Part shown: positions 10,245-19,417 of the stretch, piece after piece
Position numbering within the stretch: the first letter of the stretch is position 1
Layout: each line of letters begins with the position of its first letter
Assembly: GCA_965267575.1 (NCBI GenBank)
Contig: OZ254086.1
Location: forward strand, 2,592,001 to 2,656,000
DNA: 64,000 nucleotides
Source: Calditrichales bacterium
GTDB lineage: Bacteria > Calditrichota > Calditrichia > Calditrichales > J004
Direction: 5' to 3'
The notes under the pieces: generated by a model
What the model was told of the DNA's origin: nothing
Database searches by the model: none
Seen by the model: only the letters and a program-made list of their open reading frames with translations
Position numbers and translations under genes: made by a program

Positions 10245-11049
10245 ACGGATACGGCAAAACCCCATGCTTGTCACCGGCTTGCTGCTGGTGATCATTCTTG
10301 TTTTTGGCTCGTTGAGCGGCGCCGTTCTGGGTCTGGCGGAGCCTTCACAACATGGCGATTTACTGCTGGACCGCTATAAAAGCCCGTCATCGGAAAACTG
10401 GTTCGGTACGGACAAGTTTGGCCGTGATGTTTTTAGCAGGGTCTTATACGGCGGGCGCATTTCGTTGAGTATCGCCGTCAGCGTTATGCTGCTGTCGCTG
10501 AGCTTTGGCCTGTTTTATGGGGCTTTCGCGGCTTTTCGCGGCGGCAGAACCGGCACGCTGATGATGCGTCTTCTGGATTTTCTGCTGGCTGTGCCGCTCA
10601 TTTTCCTGGTGATCGCTTTGCTGGCCGTAACGCGGCTTAACCACTGGTATCTTATCCCGATACTTGCATTTACCGGCTGGATGGAGAGCGCGCGTATTGT
10701 TTACGGTGAAGTGCTTTCGCTGAAAAAACGCGAGTATGTTACCGCAGCGCGCTTGCTCGGCTTTTCCGATTGGCGCATTCTGTTTGTACATATTCTGCCG
10801 CAGTGCCTGTTTCTGGCCGTGGCACTGGCGCCGCTGAAAGTAGCCGAATTTGTGCTTCTGGAGTCGGCGCTCAGCTTTTTGGGCATAGGCGTACAGCCGC
10901 CCGTTCCGAGCTGGGGCAATATAATCAACGACGGGCGTTCGGTTCTTTTTAATGCCTGGTGGATCGCCACATTCCCGGGCATATTTATCACGCTTACCGT
11001 AATCGGTTTTCACATGATTGCAAAAGGTTTGCAGCGCAGACTGCTGTAA
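10231..11049 (+). CDS. Peptide ABC transporter permease (OppC/DppC-like)
   Basis: FGTDKFGRDVFSRVLYGGRISL, ESALSFLGIG, PSWG; ATG 10231 follows AAGGAG. Confidence 0.92.
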   Translation: MRAAERIRQNPMLVTGLLLVIILVFGSLSGAVLGLAEPSQHGDLLLDRYKSPSSENWFGTDKFGRDVFSRVLYGGRISLSIAVSVMLLSLSFGLFYGAFAAFRGGRTGTLMMRLLDFLLAVPLIFLVIALLAVTRLNHWYLIPILAFTGWMESARIVYGEVLSLKKREYVTAARLLGFSDWRILFVHILPQCLFLAVALAPLKVAEFVLLESALSFLGIGVQPPVPSWGNIINDGRSVLFNAWWIATFPGIFITLTVIGFHMIAKGLQRRLL

Positions 11050-11144
11050 TAAGCTGACCGCAGCAATGGCGGGGCTTAAGAAAACCGGAAATATACCGAA
11101 ATTCAAATAATTGGAATGTGAATGAAACGGAAACGCACGGCTAG

Positions 11145-12161
11145 ATGAGTACGAAAAATATAATCGGTGAATCGCAGAGCTTCAGAGATATGCTGGATAC
11201 GGCGCGCAAACTGGCACGCAGCCCGCATATTACCACGCTGATAGAGGGCGAAAACGGAACCGGTAAAGGCGAAATCGCCCGTTTTATTCACAACAACAGT
11301 CTCAATGCTAATAAACCCTATGTGGATATCAACTGCGGCGCGATACCGGAATCATTGCTGGAGAGCGAATTATTTGGCCATGAGAAGGGGGCATTTACCG
11401 GTGCGCAGAGCCAGAAAAAGGGCCTTTTTGAACAGGCCGACGGCGGGACGATTTTCCTGGATGAAATAGGCAATACCAGCCTTGGGTTTCAGAGCAAGCT
11501 TCTAAAAGTTGTAGAAAACAAAACCTTCCGTCACGTCGGCGGCATACAGGAAATAGTTGTAAACTGCCGCATCATAGCCGCCACGAATGTTGATCTCAAA
11601 AAGGCTGTAAAAGAAAAAACTTTCCGTGAAGATCTCTATTATCGTTTAAATATCGGCCGGCTTTTCCTGCCGCCGTTGCGCAAGCGAAAAGAAGATATTC
11701 TCATTTTGGCGGACCACTTTTTGCAAACCTGTAATAACGAGTATGGGCGTGAAATAAAAGGTATTGCGCCCGATGCCCGCGAAGCGATGCTTAATTACGA
11801 TTGGCCGGGTAATATCCGCCAGTTAAAAAACAGCATTGAACGGGCCGTGCTTATCGAAAGCGAAGAGTGGATAACCCGTGCTGACTTGAATTTGGACCAC
11901 GGGCCGCAAAACCATCCCACGCGCCATTTTGGCGAAGTCAACGGCAACGGTACGCCTCCCAAGCTCAAGGACCTGGAGCGTTATCATTTTCCCACACAGG
12001 GCATCCCGCTGGAAGAACTGGAACGCGGGATCATCAGCAGCGCCCTGAAAAAGGCGGACGGCAACTTAAGCCACGCTGCACGTCTGCTAAAAATTACCCG
12101 CGGCAAGCTGCGCTACCGCATGCAAAAACTGGGCATTGAAGAGCCCGGACCCAGCGTTTAA
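11145..12161 (+). CDS. Sigma-54 dependent activator (AAA+ plus Fis HTH) lacking an N-terminal regulatory domain
   Basis: [45 protein letters not shown]-terminal [21 protein letters not shown]. Confidence 0.93.
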   Translation: MSTKNIIGESQSFRDMLDTARKLARSPHITTLIEGENGTGKGEIARFIHNNSLNANKPYVDINCGAIPESLLESELFGHEKGAFTGAQSQKKGLFEQADGGTIFLDEIGNTSLGFQSKLLKVVENKTFRHVGGIQEIVVNCRIIAATNVDLKKAVKEKTFREDLYYRLNIGRLFLPPLRKRKEDILILADHFLQTCNNEYGREIKGIAPDAREAMLNYDWPGNIRQLKNSIERAVLIESEEWITRADLNLDHGPQNHPTRHFGEVNGNGTPPKLKDLERYHFPTQGIPLEELERGIISSALKKADGNLSHAARLLKITRGKLRYRMQKLGIEEPGPSV

Positions 12162-12162
12162 A

Positions 12163-12214
12163 TGTTGCATTTGCACGACAACGCTAAGCCCTTTCCTGTT
12201 GGACATTAGCGACA
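12163..12214. promoter_or_regulatory. Two tandem TGTTG-N8-CGACA palindromic boxes, putative enhancer (UAS)
   Basis: TGTTG CATTTGCA CGACA at 12163-12180 and TGTTG GACATTAG CGACA at 12197-12214, upstream of a -24/-12 element. Confidence 0.55.
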
Positions 12215-12275
12215 ATCAAGATGACAAAATTACCTTACAGCCCTTCATGGCGGGGCTGGTACGTATATCGGTTTT

Positions 12276-12291
12276 TGGCACGCCAGTTGAA
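12276..12291 (+). promoter_or_regulatory. Putative sigma-54 (-24/-12) promoter
   Basis: TGGCACGCCAGTTGAA versus consensus TGGCACG-N4-TTGCW; one mismatch at the -12 C. Confidence 0.6.
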
Positions 12292-12326
12292 AAAATAGTT
12301 CATAACCACCAAACAAGGAGTTCTAT

Positions 12327-13403
12327 ATGCGACGCTTATGTGTTTCTCTATTTATGCTTTTTGCTTTCTCGGTATCGCTCTACGCCCAGGATGACCGTAG
12401 TCTCGAAGAAACGTTAAACCTGCTATCGGGAGACGCAGCCCAGGCCTATCTTGATCCCGTGGCGTCCGGTTTTGGCGCTAATATCAACGCCGGATGGTTT
12501 CATAAATCGCCTGCGCCCAAAAAACTGGGTTTCGACCTGGAAATTAGCCTGGTAGCAATGGGGTCGCAGTTTGCCGATGACAAGAAAAGCTTCTCCAAGT
12601 CCGGCCAGTTTACCTTCAACGAAAGTGAAGCTAATCAGCTGGTAAATAATGTAAACGGACTTTCGGCGCAGCAACGCCAATGGCTGATCGGTGAACTCAC
12701 CAGCAATCCATCTACCGTTCGCTTCTCAGGCGCAACCATTATCGGGGCTGAAGATGACTATATCACGGTTGCGTTCCCGGGTAATACTTATACCGAACCG
12801 CAAAGCGGTCAGCAAATAAGTGTGCCCGCGGAAGAGATCATTTTGCCTGTCGGCGGGTTCCAGGAACTGGCCGATATTGGTGTATTGCCCATGTTTGCGC
12901 CACAGCTTAGTATCGGTACGGTCTATGGCAGCCAGGCTACTTTCCGCTACCTGCCGGATGTAGAGCTGCAGGAAGGCATGGGAACGTTCAGCTATTTCGG
13001 GTTTGGCATTCAGCATAACCCGACCGTGTGGCTGCCCATGTCATTGCCGGTTGATGTTTCCGCGGCCTTCTATACGCAAAATATGCAGGTGGGCGATTTG
13101 ATGGAAACCAGCGCGGTGGCCTTTGGCCTTAATGCCAGCAAGCAGTTTGGCTTTGATTTTCTGAACGTTACTCCTTATGCCGGCTTCATGCTGGAAAGCG
13201 CAACAACAACCGTTAAGTATAATTTCATTGTTGAAACGCCGACAGGACCAAGTGTGCAAAGCGTTAATTTTGACCTTGAAGGTGAAAATACATCACGGCT
13301 CATTCTGGGACTGAGCCTGCGTTTTCTGCTCATTAACATTAATGCCGATTACAACATCGGTGCTTACAATAACTTTAGCGCCGGCCTCTCTTTTGCCATC
13401 TAG
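12327..13403 (+). CDS. Secreted outer-membrane beta-barrel-like protein (DUF6588-like)
   Basis: Signal peptide, AAGGAG RBS, GWFHKS, FGFGIQHN, amphipathic strands ending SAGLSFAI. Confidence 0.65.
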   Translation: MRRLCVSLFMLFAFSVSLYAQDDRSLEETLNLLSGDAAQAYLDPVASGFGANINAGWFHKSPAPKKLGFDLEISLVAMGSQFADDKKSFSKSGQFTFNESEANQLVNNVNGLSAQQRQWLIGELTSNPSTVRFSGATIIGAEDDYITVAFPGNTYTEPQSGQQISVPAEEIILPVGGFQELADIGVLPMFAPQLSIGTVYGSQATFRYLPDVELQEGMGTFSYFGFGIQHNPTVWLPMSLPVDVSAAFYTQNMQVGDLMETSAVAFGLNASKQFGFDFLNVTPYAGFMLESATTTVKYNFIVETPTGPSVQSVNFDLEGENTSRLILGLSLRFLLININADYNIGAYNNFSAGLSFAI

Positions 13404-13419
13404 GTTATGATAAGTTGAT

Positions 13420-13453
13420 AAAAAAAAGCCCGCCATTTTTGACGGGCTTTTTT
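13420..13453. terminator. Bidirectional intrinsic terminator
   Basis: A8-GCCCG-loop-CGGGC-T6 between convergent genes. Confidence 0.85.
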
Positions 13454-13474
13454 GTTTAGATGAGGCCTGAAGCT

Positions 13475-15097
13475 TTACATAGTTGTGTTCAGGAATTTTG
13501 AGAGCGTTTCATGCAGGCCTTCGCCGCGCAGCTCATCACCAACGGCTACGATTTTACCTTCCGGGTTTACCAAAATCGGTTTTGGGATACCCATTACTTC
13601 AAACCTTTGAGACAACTCGTTGCGGAAGCCGCCTTCCAGGAAGGTGTGCAGCCATGGCATAGCCCATGTCTCTTCGCGATATTTATCCACGTCTTCCGGC
13701 TTTCGGTCAAATGAAAGGCTGAGAATGGTAAAATTATCACCACTGAATTCCTTGTATGCTTCATGGATGCGTGGCATTTCCGCACGGCAGGGACCGCACC
13801 ATACCGCCCAGAAATCCATCAGGTAGTATTGGCCAAGCAGAGCTTTGTTGCTCACTTTCTCATCGCTGTTCATTAAAGTCACCTCGAACTCCGGCACCGG
13901 TTTGCCCTTGGCCACCGCCTTGTTGGGGTCAAGCTGGTGGACATCGTACTGAACTTCACGCACGTCGCTGTATGAATCGACCAGCGTTTTGTGTATGGTG
14001 GCTACTTTTGATTCATTTCCGGCTTTCTGATAACGCGTTCCGACGCCGGCCAGCACAATCGCTCTTGCGCGCTTGTCATCTATTTTGTCAAGATTGTTTT
14101 CCAGGTAGGTCAGCGCATCATCGCCCATGGCCATAACATATGCCTTGTCCATGCCGCGGGGTTCTATTGACCACATCGGGCTCTCCACCGGCAGTAAAGC
14201 AATCAGCTTTTCAGCGCGCTTTTCAACGGGTGCATTATCCGATAGCGGAATGTCCAGCATTTTGAGTGCGGCAAAAGAGCTTACAACCTTGCTCTCGCTG
14301 TTTAAATATTTGTCCAGATAAGCGATGATCTCTGAAGCGTCGTAGTTGAAGCCTTTGTAGCTGCCGTGCTCTTTGCCGTAGGCCGTAGCATTGCTGTAAA
14401 AGGAGGATCTGTATTCCGAAGCCGTTTTCTCTATTTCCAGGATCGCATTGAGTTGTTCGTCGTCGAATACAACTTTCAGTTCACCGCCCGACTTTTTCAG
14501 TTTAGCGGGATCAAAAACAATATGCGCCTTGCCGTCCTTTACGGGCGCGTACGAGATGTAATCGCCGCCACCGTCGTATTCGTATCCGATAGCTTGCGTA
14601 CCGTTGATGCTGTGACCGGTTTTTTCCACATTAAGGAGCTGATAACCCACCTTTTCGGCGTCACTTTCAACCTCGTACACGTAGGTGCCGTTTTCAGCCG
14701 GCGTCATGTTTTCTGCGGTCTGAAAATTAAAATCGTTAAAGTGACCAATAACGGCGGTCTGGCTGAGATCGTCTGCAAAGTTATAGCCGGGCATGGTGAT
14801 TTTGACGTTTACCTTTTGGTCATCCTGTGCCAGTAAGGGGATCTCGCTCGCGTAATGATCAACAGCCGTGACATAGAGCGTATAGTAACTGCCGTTTTGC
14901 AGCGTCGTCTCAAAATGGCCTTTTGCGTCAACAGTGATCGTTTTCATTGGCTGACGAACGCTTTGTCCCGTTTTGATTATGTGAACATGAGCCTGAAGCG
15001 GGGTTTCACCCGAGGCCGTTTTAACCTCGCCGCTGACTTTTATATCGGCGAACGAAAAAGTAACCAGCGCCAAAAGAATTATGATAAAAGGCTTCAT
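13475..15097 (-). CDS. Secreted TlpA/ResA-like thiol-disulfide oxidoreductase with long N-terminal extension
   Basis: Signal peptide; C-terminal DFWAVWCGPC, GIP cis-Pro loop, LVNPEGKIV. Confidence 0.88.
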   Translation of the reverse strand: MKPFIIILLALVTFSFADIKVSGEVKTASGETPLQAHVHIIKTGQSVRQPMKTITVDAKGHFETTLQNGSYYTLYVTAVDHYASEIPLLAQDDQKVNVKITMPGYNFADDLSQTAVIGHFNDFNFQTAENMTPAENGTYVYEVESDAEKVGYQLLNVEKTGHSINGTQAIGYEYDGGGDYISYAPVKDGKAHIVFDPAKLKKSGGELKVVFDDEQLNAILEIEKTASEYRSSFYSNATAYGKEHGSYKGFNYDASEIIAYLDKYLNSESKVVSSFAALKMLDIPLSDNAPVEKRAEKLIALLPVESPMWSIEPRGMDKAYVMAMGDDALTYLENNLDKIDDKRARAIVLAGVGTRYQKAGNESKVATIHKTLVDSYSDVREVQYDVHQLDPNKAVAKGKPVPEFEVTLMNSDEKVSNKALLGQYYLMDFWAVWCGPCRAEMPRIHEAYKEFSGDNFTILSLSFDRKPEDVDKYREETWAMPWLHTFLEGGFRNELSQRFEVMGIPKPILVNPEGKIVAVGDELRGEGLHETLSKFLNTTM

Positions 15098-15164
15098 AAA
15101 CCCTCCTTTAAGTAATTATAAGAATGTAACAATTTTACGATGACAGTTGCGGGAAAACAAAGGT

Positions 15165-15239
15165 AAAAACCCGTCCGGTGAAACCGGGTTTGTGTCGGGT
15201 GGGAAGGTTTGGTTTTTTGAGCATTTCCACCGGACGGGT
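15165..15239 (-). terminator. Large-loop stem with T-tail, probable terminator of the DUF5916 gene
   Basis: Perfect 12-bp inverted repeat ACCCGTCCGGTG 15169-15180 / 15228-15239, followed by a T run on the minus strand. Confidence 0.45.
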
Positions 15240-15258
15240 ATGATGTCCCGGGCTCGTC

Positions 15259-17520
15259 TCACAACTGTACCAAATATTGGAACTTGGCAAAAAACTGCTG
15301 TGATCGGTCTGCCCAGTTACCCTCAACTATCGGATAGCGGATGTCCTTACTTGAGACTTCCCGGCTACCGTGGGTCATCCCGATATAGAAAATCGTAAAG
15401 GGATTAATTTTGTAGCTGAGCAGTGGCTCGACCGAAATGCTTTCACCAAAATCGTTATACTCAAAAATCAATCTTAAGTAGAGCTCGCGTGTGAATTGGA
15501 AATTGGTGGCAATACGCGTGATATAGCCTGAAAAAATCTCCTTGCCATTGAGACTATCGAGATGAGAATGCCTGAATGAGGGTTGTATGACGAGGCGGTT
15601 GGTGGGCTTTATTGTTGCCCATAATTCAAAGTCACTGCCCTCGCCTTTAACAAGGTCGCGGCGGGCAATGCTGCGTCCCGTGCGAAAAAACATGCCCACG
15701 CTCAGCGGATCACTGAAGCGGCTGTCTATCCACAGTGCGAAACGGTTTATATCGCTGAACTCTTTTTCCATAAAACGCTCTGTGTTGAACAGATAACTCA
15801 CTTCAACATTCGTTTGTCCCTTTAGGCGCGCCCAGACGCCCGGCTGAAACCATTCATCTTTAGTGGTGCCGCTGAAATTCCACATGCGGCCTACAGAGAA
15901 GAAAGGATTGAGGCGGTCGAGCACGGGATGGTCTTCATAGTAAAATTGATAGCCTGTCCAGATGATGCCGCGGCGGTAGTTGTTCTGGGTTATGAAACCG
16001 TTGCCTGCCCTAAAAGCCGGCGAAGCCTGCCAGAAATCCAGGTCGAGGTTCCAGTGCCGTGCCGAGCGTTCAAAGCTGGCATAAATGGCATTGCCCGCGT
16101 AGTTCTCACCATCAAAACCGGCGGTTTTTTTGCCTTTATCGAAGGTTGTTGTATTAAACCCGCTGGTAAGAGACGTATCGTTGGGCTCTTCCGTGTGGCT
16201 GCTTACGGCCTGGAATTCCAACTGGTAATTATCCAGGAAGCGATAAACGGCATCCACGCTGAAGTTTGTAAAGTAACCATTGTCCAGCCGGCGGTCTGAG
16301 ATCATGGCCCCGACATAACGGCTGTCTCCGAAATTGTGCTTAAAGCGCACGATATTGGAAAGGGAACGATCGGCGCCAACAAAACGGCTGCGTTCTTCAA
16401 AAGGCAGGATGATCGGTGTATTTTCATCTACTGCACCAAGATAGGCCAGGGTACTGTTGCCCCAGCGGCCAACCACTTTGCTGGCAAACTGCGGATCGTT
16501 GATGGAGCGGGTATAAACGATGGTATGCCAGGAATCAAACAGGTCGCTGCCTTCCTGGAAAAAAGGCCGGCGTTCCGGAAAGAACAAGGCAAAAGTGGTG
16601 TTTACGTCAATCTGTGAAGCATCCGATTCCACCTGGCTAAAATCCGGGTTAAAGGTGCCCTCCACCGTTAAGCTGGGTGTAGCCGCCCATTTAAAACTGC
16701 CACCGACGTCGCCGTTAATACTGCCGTCCTTTAGCCCGGCATTCAGATTGTCCGCGTCCTTGGGCAGGTTGGCCTTGCTGGCCGTTATGTATGGCAGCAG
16801 CTCAACCGGGCTGCCTGCTTCTATGCCGCGCAGGCCGGTCACTGTTCCGTACTGGCACAAAAAGCAGGGGTCATCACGGTCGATGGCCGACCACGAATAA
16901 CGATAGCGGTGTTCGCGCGGACGGTTGCGCCAGAAGTTGATTTTCCAGTTTTGTTCCTGCACATCAGGAAAGCGCAGGCTGCTAAACGGAATAGCCATTT
17001 CCACCTGGAAGCCATTGTCGGTAATTTTTCCTTCCGACGCGTAGATCACGTCAAAGCCTTCGTCTTCACCGGACGCTGTGCTAAAGCGGGAATCGCCCTG
17101 GATACCCAGCGGATTGGCGAACAGGAAATAAGCCCAGGTGGCGTCGCCGTAGGTATCCAGCAATATGCCCACATAATCATCGCGCCAGATATTGTCACGA
17201 TCCTGCAGGCTGGCGCGCACCGCTTCGGGGTCATCCTCACAAATGAAAGCCAGGTAAAGGTTTTCATTGTCGTAAGTGATCTTTACCGTCGTGTTTACTT
17301 CAGGCTGTACCAGGTCGCCTGGATCGGTTTCGGCAAAATTGCTTACTTCTCCCGCTTCAAGCCAGGCAGGGTCATTCAGATTTCCGTCAATGTTGATTTC
17401 TTTTTGAGTAAATGGGATGTTTAAGCTGGGATCAAGGTTGGGTGAGAAGTTGTTGTTGTTGGCTTGCGCCGCGACAATAGTACAAAATAAAAGTAGAAAA
17501 ATATAACATAAGACTCTCAT
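15259..17520 (-). CDS. CBM9-like plus DUF5916 outer-membrane protein
   Basis: IDGNLNDPAW, YDNENLYLAF, EMAIPFSSLRF, NPDFSQVESD, FFPERRPFF. Confidence 0.82.
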   Translation of the reverse strand: MRVLCYIFLLLFCTIVAAQANNNNFSPNLDPSLNIPFTQKEINIDGNLNDPAWLEAGEVSNFAETDPGDLVQPEVNTTVKITYDNENLYLAFICEDDPEAVRASLQDRDNIWRDDYVGILLDTYGDATWAYFLFANPLGIQGDSRFSTASGEDEGFDVIYASEGKITDNGFQVEMAIPFSSLRFPDVQEQNWKINFWRNRPREHRYRYSWSAIDRDDPCFLCQYGTVTGLRGIEAGSPVELLPYITASKANLPKDADNLNAGLKDGSINGDVGGSFKWAATPSLTVEGTFNPDFSQVESDASQIDVNTTFALFFPERRPFFQEGSDLFDSWHTIVYTRSINDPQFASKVVGRWGNSTLAYLGAVDENTPIILPFEERSRFVGADRSLSNIVRFKHNFGDSRYVGAMISDRRLDNGYFTNFSVDAVYRFLDNYQLEFQAVSSHTEEPNDTSLTSGFNTTTFDKGKKTAGFDGENYAGNAIYASFERSARHWNLDLDFWQASPAFRAGNGFITQNNYRRGIIWTGYQFYYEDHPVLDRLNPFFSVGRMWNFSGTTKDEWFQPGVWARLKGQTNVEVSYLFNTERFMEKEFSDINRFALWIDSRFSDPLSVGMFFRTGRSIARRDLVKGEGSDFELWATIKPTNRLVIQPSFRHSHLDSLNGKEIFSGYITRIATNFQFTRELYLRLIFEYNDFGESISVEPLLSYKINPFTIFYIGMTHGSREVSSKDIRYPIVEGNWADRSQQFFAKFQYLVQL

Positions 17521-17676
17521 AACTCCCCCGGGGATTTTGGATGGATATAATGGGGCTACGTCTTATATTTTGGATTGTTACAATTCCCTCCTACAGACTA
17601 TTGCCTGAAATGGTGACTTTTTTTAAAAATACCTATATTGGTGCATGCTTATTTTGACAATACACAAGGAGGCTTT

Positions 17677-19173
17677 ATGCGTCGCATGATTGTTTTGTTG
17701 CTGCTGTGTACTATTGTTCTGCCTGTTTCTCTTTTTGCCCAGGATGAGAGCGATGACGGAGGCTTTAATGTTGTAATGGGCGTTTCCGCAGGCGCCGCTG
17801 TTCTGGATGGTGAGCTTTACAATCAGATCGGCATACGCCCGCTGTTGACCGTGGGCAAGCTGGGCATCGCTTTGGATTTAAGCCTGTACCTGGATGCCGA
17901 CGGTAACATCCGCGAAGAAAACTGGGATGAACTAAGCGATCTGTATGAAAAAATCTACTTTGTGCGCTGGGGCCGTCCCGGTGATCCGCTTTATGTGCGC
18001 GTAGGCGCCATCGATAATTACCGCCTCGGCTTTGGCATCCTGATGAACCGCTATGCCAACACCGTGGAATACCCGTCGGTTATCCGCACGGGTATGGAGC
18101 TTGGACTCAACGGCGAAACAGTTGGCTTTCAGGGAATGGTTAACTCCTTTGGCGAGCTTTTTGACGGCGGCGGACTGGTGGCCGGTCGTGTGGGTTATAA
18201 AGTGATCGGCGACCTGGAAATTGGTATCAGCGCCGTTCATGACCGCAACCAGTATAAGGCGCTGGATGACAGCGATGGCGACGGCGTGCCGGATTATCTG
18301 GACGACCTACCGCAGGATGAGAACTATGCCGTGGACAGTGACGGCGATGGCGTGGCGGACGCAATCGACCCGGACCGTGACGGCGACGGATTTACCGACA
18401 ACCCGGACGCACCCTCCGTGCCCGATCCCAGCTACATCAATGATGATGACTTTGACCCAAGCAAACTAAAAGACCGCGGTTTTGATATTAACAAGGCAAA
18501 GGATAAAGAGGTAACCGCTTTTGCCGCCGATATTTCCTATCCTTTTATTAACCGTGAGCATTTTAATCTTACTGTTTACAGCCAGGTGGCAAAATTTGCC
18601 AACGACGGCGGTTGGGGCGCTACCGCACCCGGCGTAAGGGCGCGCTTTGCCTTTATCAACGCTTTTGCCGAATACCGCTTCTTTGATGAAAAATTCCTGC
18701 CCGAATACTTCAGCACGACTTATGAACTGGAGCGGGCCGTGCTGCGCGGCGATTCCATTCTTACCAAAAGGGAGATGCTGCAATCCATCAGGCAGCAGCT
18801 TAAAGGCTACGCGCTGGGCGCCGATTTCAACATTGCCGATTTTATCGTTTTTGGGGCAGAGTATCAGAATATGAGCAAAGGCGCGACCGAATTCAAAACC
18901 TTCCGGGCTAATCTGGACTTAAATGCTCAGGTCGTTCCCAAAATCAATCAGGCCGGTGCCTATTACTATAAAAACAATGCCAGTGTGGATGATATCTTCA
19001 AGCGCACCGAGGGTACGATCATGGGCTACAGGATTGGCTACGCCATTTCCCAGGGCGCCACACTGCTGATCGATTTCCGCCAGACCTTCCGTGACCGCAA
19101 CGGCGATGGTGTCATTAGCGGCGCCAACGAAACTGAAAAAACTACGCTGATACAGACAGTTTTTACCTTCTAG
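17677..19173 (+). CDS. Outer-membrane protein with thrombospondin type-3-like Ca-binding repeats
   Basis: AGGAGG RBS, signal peptide, DSDGDGVPD / DSDGDGVAD / DRDGDGFTD repeats, terminal beta-signal IQTVFTF. Confidence 0.7.
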   Translation: MRRMIVLLLLCTIVLPVSLFAQDESDDGGFNVVMGVSAGAAVLDGELYNQIGIRPLLTVGKLGIALDLSLYLDADGNIREENWDELSDLYEKIYFVRWGRPGDPLYVRVGAIDNYRLGFGILMNRYANTVEYPSVIRTGMELGLNGETVGFQGMVNSFGELFDGGGLVAGRVGYKVIGDLEIGISAVHDRNQYKALDDSDGDGVPDYLDDLPQDENYAVDSDGDGVADAIDPDRDGDGFTDNPDAPSVPDPSYINDDDFDPSKLKDRGFDINKAKDKEVTAFAADISYPFINREHFNLTVYSQVAKFANDGGWGATAPGVRARFAFINAFAEYRFFDEKFLPEYFSTTYELERAVLRGDSILTKREMLQSIRQQLKGYALGADFNIADFIVFGAEYQNMSKGATEFKTFRANLDLNAQVVPKINQAGAYYYKNNASVDDIFKRTEGTIMGYRIGYAISQGATLLIDFRQTFRDRNGDGVISGANETEKTTLIQTVFTF

Positions 19174-19190
19174 ATTTTTCCTGCTTTTTG

Positions 19191-19218
19191 AGACCGGGCT
19201 ATGTCCCGGTCTTTTTTT
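19191..19218 (+). terminator. Intrinsic terminator
   Basis: AGACCGGG-loop-CCCGGTCT followed by a T run. Confidence 0.85.
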
Positions 19219-19222
19219 ATTC

Positions 19223-19238
19223 TGGCATTTCTCTTGCT
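19223..19238 (+). promoter_or_regulatory. Putative sigma-54 promoter
   Basis: TGGCATTTCTCTTGCT: GG-N10-GC with TTGCW, directly after a terminator and upstream of an AT-rich leader. Confidence 0.6.
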
Positions 19239-19417
19239 GTCATATTAACGGCATTTAAAATTTATGTAGTATTTTTAGACGACAGGAGCTTAGCGGCTCC
19301 GGAAAAAGTGAATCCATGTAAAATGATTTTACAGAACTTTATTAATAAAATTCTAACTTAGAAATTTCAAATTCAGACGATAAAGACAGTGTTTATTGTT
19401 TTTGTTAACAGGAGGAA

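Noticed and set aside
11050..11144. Frameshifted receiver domain for the sigma-54 activator
   Set aside because: Only 95 nt are available and there is no REC-like sequence
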